From an uncultured Pleurocapsa sp. (lineage in GTDB: Bacteria; Cyanobacteriota; Cyanobacteriia; Cyanobacteriales; Xenococcaceae), in assembly GCA_938015355.1 (NCBI GenBank), contig CALLPS010000180.1, positions 1-50,844 on the forward strand: a stretch of DNA of 50,844 nucleotides. The letters are read 5' to 3'. The notes under the pieces are model-generated. The model did not search any database. It saw nothing but the letters and a program-made list of their open reading frames with translations, and was not told the origin of the DNA. The position numbers were made by a program, and so were the translations under genes. This document shows, in pieces, positions 37,197 to 46,725 of the stretch (the first letter of the stretch is position 1; every line of letters starts with the position of its first letter).

Positions 37197-39101
37197 TCAG
37201 GCAAATTGACCTAACCACAAAGATAGATTGAGAGTGGTGTAAATACAAAAAATATCGTCATCACTACCTTGGTGCGACTGACATTTTTGATAACTCGCTT
37301 TCAGTTTAGCCAGGTCAACATAGGGCGCAATTTGCTGGGTATCAGCCACTAGTAAATCTAGAGTTGGCTGTTCCTCATGAATCAGCTTCCGCCGAAAATT
37401 CCGCCCCACATCCGCTTTGGAAACTCGACTTTGAATAGCCTGGGGTAAAATACCATTCATGCCGATCCTGGCTAGATATCTAGTCCAACCATGGCGAAAC
37501 TTGTGTTCTATTGGCACTGATAAACAAAACTCTACTAAACGACGGTCAAAAAATGGATAGCGAGGTTCAATCCCAAAAGTACTGTTCCCTTTATCAGCAA
37601 GTTCCAAAACATAGGCATGAATGCCTTCATTCATCGCGTGCCAATGGTATTCCCTGGCATTACTGAGGGGAACATCTTTCTGAGACAACTGATAGATTTG
37701 CTGTTTAAGGTCGAGACGGCGGGCAAAGTCAGGATTAATCAGACTCGCATCATACCAAGGATTAGAACCCTTTAGCTGTTGCCAAAAATGTCCCCAGGAA
37801 TCAGGAATTAGCGGAGAAATTGCCAATTGCCAGATAATTGAGGTTAGGGAAAGAGAAACATTGTGCTGTTTCATTTTTTGTGAATATTGCTTCGCTTCTC
37901 TGACTACAGTGCGCCATTTACCATGACGAGCTAGTTCAGCAAAGCGTTCAAAGCCGTGGGAAACCGTACTATCCCCATCAATACCATCGAGCAGCACCCT
38001 AACTCCTTGGCGTTGTGCCTCCTCATATATCGCCCAATTTAGGTAGTAGTTAGGTCCCATATAAGGCTCATCAACCTGGTCAAAAATCTCCTTTTGCTTG
38101 TATAGGGGACTTAGAGTATCCCCTCGTATTTGATGAGAAACAAACCCGCCAGTATCCAGCACTTTATCCATATAAAACCGTTCATCGGCATATTTGCGAT
38201 CTGATTCAGGTAAACCAGGAAAGATGCCAGAAAATGTCTGCAATTTTTGGTTAGTATTTTGCAGTAAATCACGAGCAGTACAACAGATGGAAGATGAATC
38301 TAATCCGCCACTGAGCATCGAACCCACAGGGGCATGACTCCGTAAACGGCTAGCAACTGCTTGCTTGAATAGTTCCTGATAGGCTTCGGCATATTCTTGC
38401 TGAGAACCTAAGAGTAACTCTGTTTCAGGATTAAGGCTCCAGTATTTCTCGATTGCTATCTTGTCTGGCGTGACGGTTAAACTGTGAGCAGGAGGCAAGC
38501 GAAAGATATCTTGATAAAAGGTACCTTTTTTATCATCTAAATTACTGATTAGATGATGTGCCACCCTCAGCTCATTTATTTGTCGAGGAACTTCGGGGAG
38601 ACAAAATAGAGCCTTGATTTCTGAGGCGAAAGTAAAAACCTGCTCAGAATAATAGTAATAGAAAGGTTTAATGCCAAAACAGTCCCGCACACAGAACAAT
38701 TGCTGTTGTCTCTGATCCCAAATTGCAAAAGCAAAGTCTCCCAATAATTTTTGAGGACAGTCTTGACCCCACTTTTGGTATGCTTCTAAGATAATTTGAC
38801 TGTCAGTGATCTCTGGTGTAGTTTGTTCCCCCAATCCTAACCAAGAGATTAATTCCTGACGGTTATCAATTCTGGCATCGGCGGTAATGGTTAAGCCTCG
38901 AAGATGATCGCAGTAGGGTAATTTTTCTGTTAAAGACTCTGGTGTTGTCCATAACATGCGATGTCCTAAACCAACAGCATCTTGACACCAGATATCTGCT
39001 CGATCTGAACCCCGATGTTCGAGGATGTCTAACATCCCTCTGAGGTAATTTGATTCTACGGGCTTATGATCAGGGTAATAGATACCCATGATTCCACTCA
39101 T
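37197..39101 (-). CDS. Lasso peptide cyclase (asparagine synthetase-like), copy 2
   Basis: MSGI start (no catalytic Cys), LSGGLDSSS, DGIDGD, RYPFFDRRL. Confidence 0.92.
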   Translation of the reverse strand: MSGIMGIYYPDHKPVESNYLRGMLDILEHRGSDRADIWCQDAVGLGHRMLWTTPESLTEKLPYCDHLRGLTITADARIDNRQELISWLGLGEQTTPEITDSQIILEAYQKWGQDCPQKLLGDFAFAIWDQRQQQLFCVRDCFGIKPFYYYYSEQVFTFASEIKALFCLPEVPRQINELRVAHHLISNLDDKKGTFYQDIFRLPPAHSLTVTPDKIAIEKYWSLNPETELLLGSQQEYAEAYQELFKQAVASRLRSHAPVGSMLSGGLDSSSICCTARDLLQNTNQKLQTFSGIFPGLPESDRKYADERFYMDKVLDTGGFVSHQIRGDTLSPLYKQKEIFDQVDEPYMGPNYYLNWAIYEEAQRQGVRVLLDGIDGDSTVSHGFERFAELARHGKWRTVVREAKQYSQKMKQHNVSLSLTSIIWQLAISPLIPDSWGHFWQQLKGSNPWYDASLINPDFARRLDLKQQIYQLSQKDVPLSNAREYHWHAMNEGIHAYVLELADKGNSTFGIEPRYPFFDRRLVEFCLSVPIEHKFRHGWTRYLARIGMNGILPQAIQSRVSKADVGRNFRRKLIHEEQPTLDLLVADTQQIAPYVDLAKLKASYQKCQSHQGSDDDIFCIYTTLNLSLWLGQFA

Positions 39102-39204
39102 TCCTCACACTCCTTCAATAAACACCACCTTAAAGTCCCGATAAACAAAACATTACTACGAAGACAACTAAGGAGATAGTGATCTAAAAGTAAGGTGAAG
39201 GTAA

Positions 39205-40131
39205 TTATATTACGGGAGCAACTTCTGGAAACTGGGATAAATCTTGTTCTACCTGTTTCACCAATTCAGATAGTAAATTAGTATCTTTTGGTCGGCTGAA
39301 ACGATAAATGGTTTGTTGCTTGACCAAGTTAGCGCATTGAAAAAAGTGAGCCGCCCCTCCAGAATGATAGAGAGTCGTCGGGCGAGAATGTCTTGCTAAT
39401 TCTGTAACTGCTTCTGAAGCTCGAATTGGAGCGATCGCAAAATCGGTATCTGTGGTTAAAACATAGATGCGTTTCAAGGGAATAGGAGCAATACTAAAAC
39501 CTTGGCGTGGTAGTAATGCACGTTTTTCTTTAAAGGTATGTACAGCGGGTAATGTCTCGTAATCATATCCTAAAGCTTGGGCGATTTTTTCCCCAATTTT
39601 GACCTGAGGAAAGCCAGGATGCATGATTAAGGAATTACTGTTTAAGTCTATAGGTGCAACATCATCGGTGATGATATTGTAGCCATGGGTGACAAAAGTA
39701 GCCGCGGTGGAAGATTTTCCTTCCCCCGATACCCCCAGAAAAGCGACGGCACCACCATTGATATTTACGGCACTGGCATGAAGTACGAGAAACTTACGTT
39801 GATATAAGACAACCCCCATAATTGTCCCGACTAAATAGAAGCGAATTAATAATTCTTGACTAGTCGTATCAGGAATAATCGTTACATGTGTGCCATTTTC
39901 AATAATAAAAACACCTGTGCCTCTAACATAAATTAAGGCTTTTAACGAATTTAACTGAATTACAGCTCCTTCTTTGACTGCTTCTGCGGGAAGTAAATCA
40001 CTGATTGCTTGAGAGCGATCAATCGTAACCTTAAGATCTACTAAGTTTGCTGGAGGGGAATCGACACTGATGAATTCTGGTAAAGCAATTTCTGAAAGGA
40101 TGTTTAAGCCGTAAGCAAAATATGAAAACAC
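39205..40131 (-). CDS. HPr kinase-like lasso peptide kinase
   Basis: LHASAV...GVSGEGKSST...ITDD motif set. Confidence 0.85.
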   Translation of the reverse strand: MFSYFAYGLNILSEIALPEFISVDSPPANLVDLKVTIDRSQAISDLLPAEAVKEGAVIQLNSLKALIYVRGTGVFIIENGTHVTIIPDTTSQELLIRFYLVGTIMGVVLYQRKFLVLHASAVNINGGAVAFLGVSGEGKSSTAATFVTHGYNIITDDVAPIDLNSNSLIMHPGFPQVKIGEKIAQALGYDYETLPAVHTFKEKRALLPRQGFSIAPIPLKRIYVLTTDTDFAIAPIRASEAVTELARHSRPTTLYHSGGAAHFFQCANLVKQQTIYRFSRPKDTNLLSELVKQVEQDLSQFPEVAPVI

Positions 40132-40173
40132 TTTTAAATATAAAAACTAGGGTAATTAAATATTTTTCTAAAT

Positions 40174-40235
40174 AGGCACAGGGAGACCTCTCAAAGATCT
40201 TGTCTCGAAGAGATCTCCTCGAGCTTAATTGCCTA
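40174..40235 (-). terminator. Imperfect stem-loop downstream of the 47-aa precursor
   Basis: TAGGCA...GGAGACCTCT...AGAGATCTCC...TGCCTA. Confidence 0.45.
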
Positions 40236-40268
40236 AAGCAAAATCAAGCCCATGGTTCTAGCTAACGG

Positions 40269-40412
40269 TTATACAGATCCGACGGGAACACCATCAGTAC
40301 CAGGGATAGCTACAACAATTCCATCTTGGCTCCCAAACACTTTAGTTTGTTGAGTTAAGTTCTCAACTGAGCCATGTACAGACAATTTGGGTGTAATGTA
40401 TGATTTTTTCAT
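40269..40412 (-). CDS. Lasso peptide precursor, 47 aa (not in ORF track)
   Basis: Hand translation MKKSYITPKLSVHGSVENLTQQTKVFGSQDGIVVAIPGTDGVPVGSV*; YxxPxLxxxGxxxxxT leader; Asp at core position 9. Confidence 0.9.
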   Translation of the reverse strand: MKKSYITPKLSVHGSVENLTQQTKVFGSQDGIVVAIPGTDGVPVGSV

Positions 40413-40608
40413 GTTTAATTCCATGTATTAAGTTTGGACACACTTCAACTTATGTTGAAGGCACTGATATATTGAGATATAAAGTGCTTAAATAAGATTT
40501 CAGATATTTTAGGGGAAAAAGGATTACGGAATTAATATATAAATCAAATAGCAAAAAATAATCAGACAGATAGTTCAAAGACAAAGATATATTGTCAATG
40601 TTGAGCAA

Positions 40609-42480
40609 CTAAAAACGCTCTAACCAAAGCGATAATACAGTACTGTTCAAAATATTTATATCATCAGCACCCTGGGGATTGGAATTAACAACATAACGCT
40701 CATAGATAGAATTTAAGTTTGAGATATCGATATATGATTTGATTTGGTCGTATTTACTAGCAACATCTTTAATTAGGGATGGTTGACACTGAACTAGGTT
40801 ACGCTGAAAATTGGAACTTAACCGTGCTTTACTAACACGCCACTGGACTTCCGTTGGCAGAATACCAGTCATCCCATGGCGTAAAATTGCCCGTGGATAT
40901 CCTTGACGAAATTTTTGCTCTAAAGGAATTGCTAGACAAAACTCCATCAGACGACGATCAAAGAAGGGATAACGAGCCTCGATTGATTTGGGGGCAGTTG
41001 CTTTGTCGGTAATTTCCGTAGCGTAGGGATATAATCCCGTGTTGAATCCCCCAAGATGATATTTTCTGGCAGTATTAATCAAAGGTTGCGGTGCTAGAGT
41101 ACGCATCCGTTGGGACAAGTTCATTCTCTTGGCAAAAGTTGGATTAATTAAACTGCCGCCATCCTGCCGAGGAAACAACCTATTTTTAAGCTCTTGATAA
41201 GGCTCCTGAAATAAGGGTTTTACACAATACTCTTGAGCGATTAATTTGCGAGATATTCTCATGTTCTTCGCTGCTTTAGTAATTTCCTGATATAGGCGAT
41301 ACCAGTTACCCGTATAGGTAAGGTGGGTTAAATATCGCCAGCCATGGGAAATAGTCGTATCTCCATCAAAACCATCTAAGAAGACTCTCACGCCGTTTTC
41401 TTGGGCGCAATCATACATACCCTCATGGATGTATATGTTTGGGGCGAGAATTGGCTCTTCTCCCTGCCAAAGCCAATCTAAAAGAGGATTAAGTAAATCT
41501 GCCCTAATGTCATGGGGTATTATTCCCCCCTCTCCCTTGACTGCATCCATAAAGTATCTTTCATCAATCTGCTTAAGATCAGAGTCAGGTAAATTAGGGA
41601 AAATTGCGGAAAATGTATGCAGTTGCTGGTTGGAACCAGATAACAAATTGCGGGCAGTACAGGTTATGGAGGAAGAATCTAGCCCACCACTTAAAGTTGA
41701 ACCAACAGGAAAGGCACTGCGCAGACGACAATTAACCGACTCGGTAAAAATCTCTTTAAATGCCTCGGTGTACTCTTGATTAGAACCTAGTTTTACTCGA
41801 TGGTGCAGATCGAAAGCCCAATATCGTTCTAGCTGTCTCCCTTTCTGATTAACAATCATGCTATGAGCTGCTTTGAGCCGATAGACATCTTGATAAAAAG
41901 TAATTTCTTGGTCTTCACAAAACCCAGCTAACTGATAAGCAATTCTAAGTTCGTTTAGCTCTTTCCTCGTTTCTGGAACCTTAAATAAAGCTTTAATTTC
42001 CGAGGCAAAAGCAAAAATACCTGATGCATAATAGTAATAGAAAGGCTTAATACCCATGGGATCTCTCGCGCAGAAAAATCTCTCCTCTCGCCCATCCCAG
42101 ATAGCAAAAGCAAAATCACCAATCAACTTTTGGGGGCAATCAACTCCCCATTTATGATAAGCTGCTAATATAAGCTCACTGTCAGTAATTTTATCTGGAG
42201 CCTGGTCTTTTAAACCTAGCAGAGATATCAATTCTGACCGATTGTCGATGCGGGCATCAGCAGTGATTACAGAATTTGTCTGGCGATCGCACCAGGGTAA
42301 CTTCTCTAATAATGACTCAGGAGTAGTCCACAACATTCTGTGACCCAAACCAACCTGATCTTGATGCCAAACATCAGCTCCATCTCTGCCTCGATGAGCC
42401 AAGCTATCAACCATAGCTGCCAAATTTTCTAGAGCTACTGGTTGACCATGGGGATAATAAATGCCGACAATACCGCTCAT
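40609..42480 (-). CDS. Lasso peptide cyclase, copy 1 (start reassigned to ATG at 42480)
   Basis: MSGIVGIYY start matches the paralogue and overlaps the B2 stop (ATGA); LSGGLDSSS, DGFDGD. Confidence 0.92.
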   Translation of the reverse strand: MSGIVGIYYPHGQPVALENLAAMVDSLAHRGRDGADVWHQDQVGLGHRMLWTTPESLLEKLPWCDRQTNSVITADARIDNRSELISLLGLKDQAPDKITDSELILAAYHKWGVDCPQKLIGDFAFAIWDGREERFFCARDPMGIKPFYYYYASGIFAFASEIKALFKVPETRKELNELRIAYQLAGFCEDQEITFYQDVYRLKAAHSMIVNQKGRQLERYWAFDLHHRVKLGSNQEYTEAFKEIFTESVNCRLRSAFPVGSTLSGGLDSSSITCTARNLLSGSNQQLHTFSAIFPNLPDSDLKQIDERYFMDAVKGEGGIIPHDIRADLLNPLLDWLWQGEEPILAPNIYIHEGMYDCAQENGVRVFLDGFDGDTTISHGWRYLTHLTYTGNWYRLYQEITKAAKNMRISRKLIAQEYCVKPLFQEPYQELKNRLFPRQDGGSLINPTFAKRMNLSQRMRTLAPQPLINTARKYHLGGFNTGLYPYATEITDKATAPKSIEARYPFFDRRLMEFCLAIPLEQKFRQGYPRAILRHGMTGILPTEVQWRVSKARLSSNFQRNLVQCQPSLIKDVASKYDQIKSYIDISNLNSIYERYVVNSNPQGADDINILNSTVLSLWLERF

Positions 42481-42926
42481 AGGATTAAACCTTTTCCTGC
42501 GGAAGACATCGCAACATACCGTGATAAATCTGGTAAGTAGCCCACCACTATTTTTCCTTCTGACTCCACCCATGCATGAGCTTCCAAGTTGTTCTTTTCC
42601 CCCTTAGCAACTCCAATTTTAGTCTGATAGGGCAAACCGTAGGTTTTCATTAACATAGAAGCAGTTAACGCTTTCGCTAAACATTTGACTTCCCCTGGGC
42701 TTAATTTGGCACTACGGATTACACTTAAGGCAATATCTTTTGCTCTGACATTGTGGTTACCTTCCCCTAAAAACCTTAGTTCATTAGTTTTTAAGATTAA
42801 ATCCTGAAGTTTTTGAAATGGTAATAATAATAATCCTAGACGTACCAGCATCATCAATATATATGCTTGCAGGAAAAGTTTTTGATCACTCCGAGGCAAT
42901 TTAAGAAATCTGTACAGCTTCTTCAT
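42477..42926 (-). CDS. Lasso leader peptidase B2 (transglutaminase-like)
   Basis: KCLAKAL...IGVAK...EAHAWVE Cys/His motifs. Confidence 0.92.
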   Translation of the reverse strand: MKKLYRFLKLPRSDQKLFLQAYILMMLVRLGLLLLPFQKLQDLILKTNELRFLGEGNHNVRAKDIALSVIRSAKLSPGEVKCLAKALTASMLMKTYGLPYQTKIGVAKGEKNNLEAHAWVESEGKIVVGYLPDLSRYVAMSSAGKGLIL

Positions 42927-43188
42927 TTACAACCTCAATTAGACCATTATTCAACATTTCCTGAAGAAAACTTTGAAGATCAGCATTAGCTTGGGATTCG
43001 CTGACCTCGTACTCTGCTAACAATAGCTTTACTAATCTCTCCTCAGCAGTAGGAGTTTGCAACCATTGCCAAATCTGATTAGAAACCTCATTTAAGCCAA
43101 AATAGGTACCAGAATTAATATCCAAGATAACTGCTTCGGAATCGATCTCTGAGTAAAGGTGGTTCGGTGAAGCTTGATACACGTTCAT
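42901..43188 (-). CDS. PqqD-family RiPP recognition element (B1)
   Basis: EAVILDINSGTYFGLNEV...IW...EYEV...FLQEM. Confidence 0.92.
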   Translation of the reverse strand: MNVYQASPNHLYSEIDSEAVILDINSGTYFGLNEVSNQIWQWLQTPTAEERLVKLLLAEYEVSESQANADLQSFLQEMLNNGLIEVVNEEAVQIS

Positions 43189-43463
43189 GGGTTTTTTTAT
43201 GATATTTATGATATCTATTTAAATGAATGAATTTTATTCTGAGCAATATCTGAGCAATAGTTTAGAGCAATTTCTCCACCGCAAGCGAGAGAAGAATTTT
43301 TTATTACATCCAAATTGGCTTGCAAATATATCAAGGTATGCTATGTATAAAATATTACCTCAACAGTCTAATTGTCTTACGTTACGTCTTGAAACAAACG
43401 ATATCATCAATAATGATTCAATAGAAGTGAGCAAGAAGTAACTCAAAAGTTATCTAAAATCTG

Positions 43464-44612
43464 TTAAAAAGCGATCGCTTCTGCAAAGTCTTTTAAAATA
43501 GTTTCTAAGGCAAAATTATTTTTGGCACTGTCATAACCCTGTTGAGCAATGGATTGTGCTAAAGTACGATCGTCAATTAGTCTCTTAATTAGTTGGCGCA
43601 AAGCCAGAATATCCTGGGGTGGAAATAATAATCCCGTCTTACCATCTATAATTAATTCTAATGCTCCCCCCGCAGCCGAAGCAATCACGGGTTTCTGGGC
43701 TAATTGCCCTTCGACGATTACCCGACCAAAGGGTTCTGGTTCAGTGGAAGTATGCACGACAATGTCACATGATTTCATTAAAGTAGGAATGTCATCACGA
43801 AATCCTAACCAATGAACTCGCCCCGCTAATTCTGGGATAGCAGCTAAGAGTTTTAATTCCGATACGTAGTCTTGTTCTCCGAATAAAGCCTCTCCCACCA
43901 AAATCACTTGAACTTGCGGTAATTCTTTGACAGCTTCTAATAGAATATGCTGTCCTTTCCAGTAAGAAAGACGGCTAAACAAACCCACTACAGGTACGTC
44001 ATCATCAATACCTAGTTGGGCACGAAATTGCATTATGTCCTGACGGTTAACAGTATCAAACCGCTGAGAATCAAAACCATTGTAGATTACTCGATATAGT
44101 TTTTCTTTTCCTCCTGCCACCACAAAGGCTTGACCAGTGGCTTGAGAATTAACTAAAACTTGAGTAGCAAATCGGTTCGCCAGAAACACCGCTACTAAAC
44201 GATTGATCGGACTAAAGTGTTTGGCAGTGAGAATATCCCTCAAGTGCCACAAAACTGGCGGACTACCTTGCAAGGTTGCCAAAGCTGATGTAATAAAGGC
44301 TTTTTGAGAATTAGCGACAATCAGTTCATAACCAGTCGCTTCTTTCGTAATTCGAGCAGCCATCCGCCATAGTTCAGGGATAGTTGCCAAGGAGCTTAAG
44401 CCCCCCGAAGTCCTTAGTTTTAGCATGGTATCCGATGCTGGAATAATGCTAACTTTTACCCCAGCCTGTTCCAGTCGTTGTCTTAATATGCCATCTTCAA
44501 ATAGCAGTACTTTACTAGTGTTGGCATAAGCGGTTGCTAAATCCAGCAGACTTAGTTCCGCACCGCCCATAACCGCAGTATGGTCAACAAAGAGAATTTT
44601 ACGTTGTTTCAT
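43464..44612 (-). CDS. GT4 family glycosyltransferase
   Basis: GGAELSL, RLSYWKGQ, EPFGRVIVE. Confidence 0.9.
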   Translation of the reverse strand: MKQRKILFVDHTAVMGGAELSLLDLATAYANTSKVLLFEDGILRQRLEQAGVKVSIIPASDTMLKLRTSGGLSSLATIPELWRMAARITKEATGYELIVANSQKAFITSALATLQGSPPVLWHLRDILTAKHFSPINRLVAVFLANRFATQVLVNSQATGQAFVVAGGKEKLYRVIYNGFDSQRFDTVNRQDIMQFRAQLGIDDDVPVVGLFSRLSYWKGQHILLEAVKELPQVQVILVGEALFGEQDYVSELKLLAAIPELAGRVHWLGFRDDIPTLMKSCDIVVHTSTEPEPFGRVIVEGQLAQKPVIASAAGGALELIIDGKTGLLFPPQDILALRQLIKRLIDDRTLAQSIAQQGYDSAKNNFALETILKDFAEAIAF

Positions 44613-44663
44613 CTAGATAAATCAGACAAATCTAAATTGTAATCTTTAAGCGTGAATATACTT

Positions 44664-46031
44664 CTAAAGAGCTGCCCTAACTAATTTGCGCCGTAGATGA
44701 ATTTTCATGATTGACATCAGGGAGTAGACATATTCTTGCCGATCCATTTTTTTGCTCATTAGCGATCGCTCAACTAAAGATTGGATACTCTGTGAAAATT
44801 TGAGCTTTGAGAGGGAGTATTTGACATACCGACTCAATTCATCCAACGACAAAGGTTTATCAGAAATAGCTAGCCAGTAGATAATTTCTTTGTCTAAATC
44901 AGACAAATAGGATAATTCCTGTTCCAGAAGATCGCTAATTGCTTCGAGAAGGCTTAAATCTTCAATGATCTGGTCTGCATCTCCTACTGCAAATACATCG
45001 AGATGATTGTGGGCAATTTTCAACAGCTGAGGATTATTTTGTACGGTTTCTGACAAATGTAATAGTTCCTTTTTTTTCCAGTAGCTATCAGTGTTGGCAT
45101 TGAAAAATCTCAGGGTAGTCTCTTCGCTAAAGCCCAGCAGATCGAGGAATTTTACTTGATTACTCGCGTAATATTCCAACAGTTTAGGTTTGATCCTGCT
45201 AGTGGTGACCAACAGACTTTGATGATCCGTGGATATAATGGAGCGGAGAAACTGACCATAACCCTCAAAGTATTCTTTATAAGAGATACTAGATTGATTG
45301 ACCTCCAAAATATGCTGCAAACCATCTAAAACTAATAATATTTTTTGTCTCCTTAAACAGTCAATAAATTCTGAAAGTAAAAAGCTTAGTTCTTGAGGTT
45401 TGGGCTCTCTTCCATCATCTAAGTCCTGACTAATGATCTTTAAATATTTGTTCAGCAACTTAGTCAGAGATGGCAACTGCGACAAAGAAAACCAAATTAC
45501 ATAATCAAACTCTTCTTTAATCGAATTGGCGAATTCTTTTACCAGAGTCGTTTTTCCTGCTCCAGTCATGCCAGAAACTACTATCAAACGACAACCAGGG
45601 TCTTGACTCCAGGAGCCTAATGTTGCTAGCTCTTGTTCTCTGCCCAAAAAATGTTTAATACTAGGTGCCGTTGTCCAATTACAAAACTGTTGTTTTCGGG
45701 ATTTAATAGATGCAGAAAGAGGAGCGGAATCATCTTGAGAAATTAATTTCTTCTCTTCGCTCCCTCGACTACTAAGCCTCTGTCTCATAAAAGGAACAAA
45801 ATTACTTTTGTTTATTTGTTCATCAAAAGCCCGAGAAAGAGTTTGCCAAAGATTGCAACCTACCGTCTTGATATATTCAGGATCATAGTTATAATCGTAG
45901 GCCATTCTGGTGTATGTTTTACCGTTCCAGACTTCTCGAAGGACTATTTCCTGAGTGGGGTTTAGGTAAGTAGGACTAATAGCTCTGTCTACTAATAACA
46001 GAACTGATTCAAAATCAATTTTTTGTTTCAT
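44664..46031 (-). CDS. NB-ARC/STAND NTPase with N-terminal HTH and no C-terminal sensor repeats
   Basis: N-terminal TY...MA...Y...YIK...LW..LS helical domain; FLGREQEL, GMTGAGKTT, LLVLDG, LVTTSR. Confidence 0.8.
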   Translation of the reverse strand: MKQKIDFESVLLLVDRAISPTYLNPTQEIVLREVWNGKTYTRMAYDYNYDPEYIKTVGCNLWQTLSRAFDEQINKSNFVPFMRQRLSSRGSEEKKLISQDDSAPLSASIKSRKQQFCNWTTAPSIKHFLGREQELATLGSWSQDPGCRLIVVSGMTGAGKTTLVKEFANSIKEEFDYVIWFSLSQLPSLTKLLNKYLKIISQDLDDGREPKPQELSFLLSEFIDCLRRQKILLVLDGLQHILEVNQSSISYKEYFEGYGQFLRSIISTDHQSLLVTTSRIKPKLLEYYASNQVKFLDLLGFSEETTLRFFNANTDSYWKKKELLHLSETVQNNPQLLKIAHNHLDVFAVGDADQIIEDLSLLEAISDLLEQELSYLSDLDKEIIYWLAISDKPLSLDELSRYVKYSLSKLKFSQSIQSLVERSLMSKKMDRQEYVYSLMSIMKIHLRRKLVRAAL

Positions 46032-46725
46032 CTTTTACTATTATTTGAACTTTGCTACATCAGATAAAATTCTGAAAAATTACTTAATAGCAGGACGAAA
46101 TTGAGTAATTGAAAGCTCAAATTGATTAGAAATATAGATTCGCGGGTTAATAAAATTATTCATCGGCTCTAAAGAAAATACAGTACTGGGAACACAAAAG
46201 TATACATAAAAATTCATTTTGAATTACATTCTTTTCAGAAATCATACTTAGGAATATATTAAGTTTTAGACATTGCTATCTAGTTGATTATACTTAATGG
46301 CTAACTAAATAGAATCATTTTTACGCTCTTTTTTTTGTATTCCATAATACTTTACAGTTTCAAAATGTCTTTGATTTCACCATTTATCCTGGTTATTTAA
46401 CAATCTTACTTTTAAATTACCTTTTACTTACCAAAAAGATATTTTATTTGTTCAGTATTCGATTTATATTCAGTTTGTGGGTAAAAACACTTATGCTTAT
46501 GTACATGTAATAGGGCTAGTAAGGGCTAGTATTCCCCATTTAGAGCGATCAAGTCTAGAGTCGCACTTATCGCACTTATAAAAAAATAACATTAAATAAT
46601 TGAATTGAATATTAAATAATTAACGAAATATTTAATATCATTCCCCTTGCTTGGTTGTGTTGGTGATCAATTTTGGGTAGCTAGGTTTGAGCAAGGAGTC
46701 TAGTAGATTTAGAGAGCATAAATGA

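Noticed and set aside
37197-42480. Housekeeping asparagine synthetase (asnB) call for the two large ORFs
   Set aside because: Both start MSG without the catalytic Cys and sit with RRE, B2 and precursor genes.
42481-42573. N-terminal extension of cyclase 1 in the ORF track
   Set aside because: Overlaps the B2 gene; the paralogue alignment and ATGA coupling support 42480.
43223-43441. 72-aa plus-strand ORF as a third precursor
   Set aside because: Wrong strand and no lasso leader motif; probably promoter DNA.
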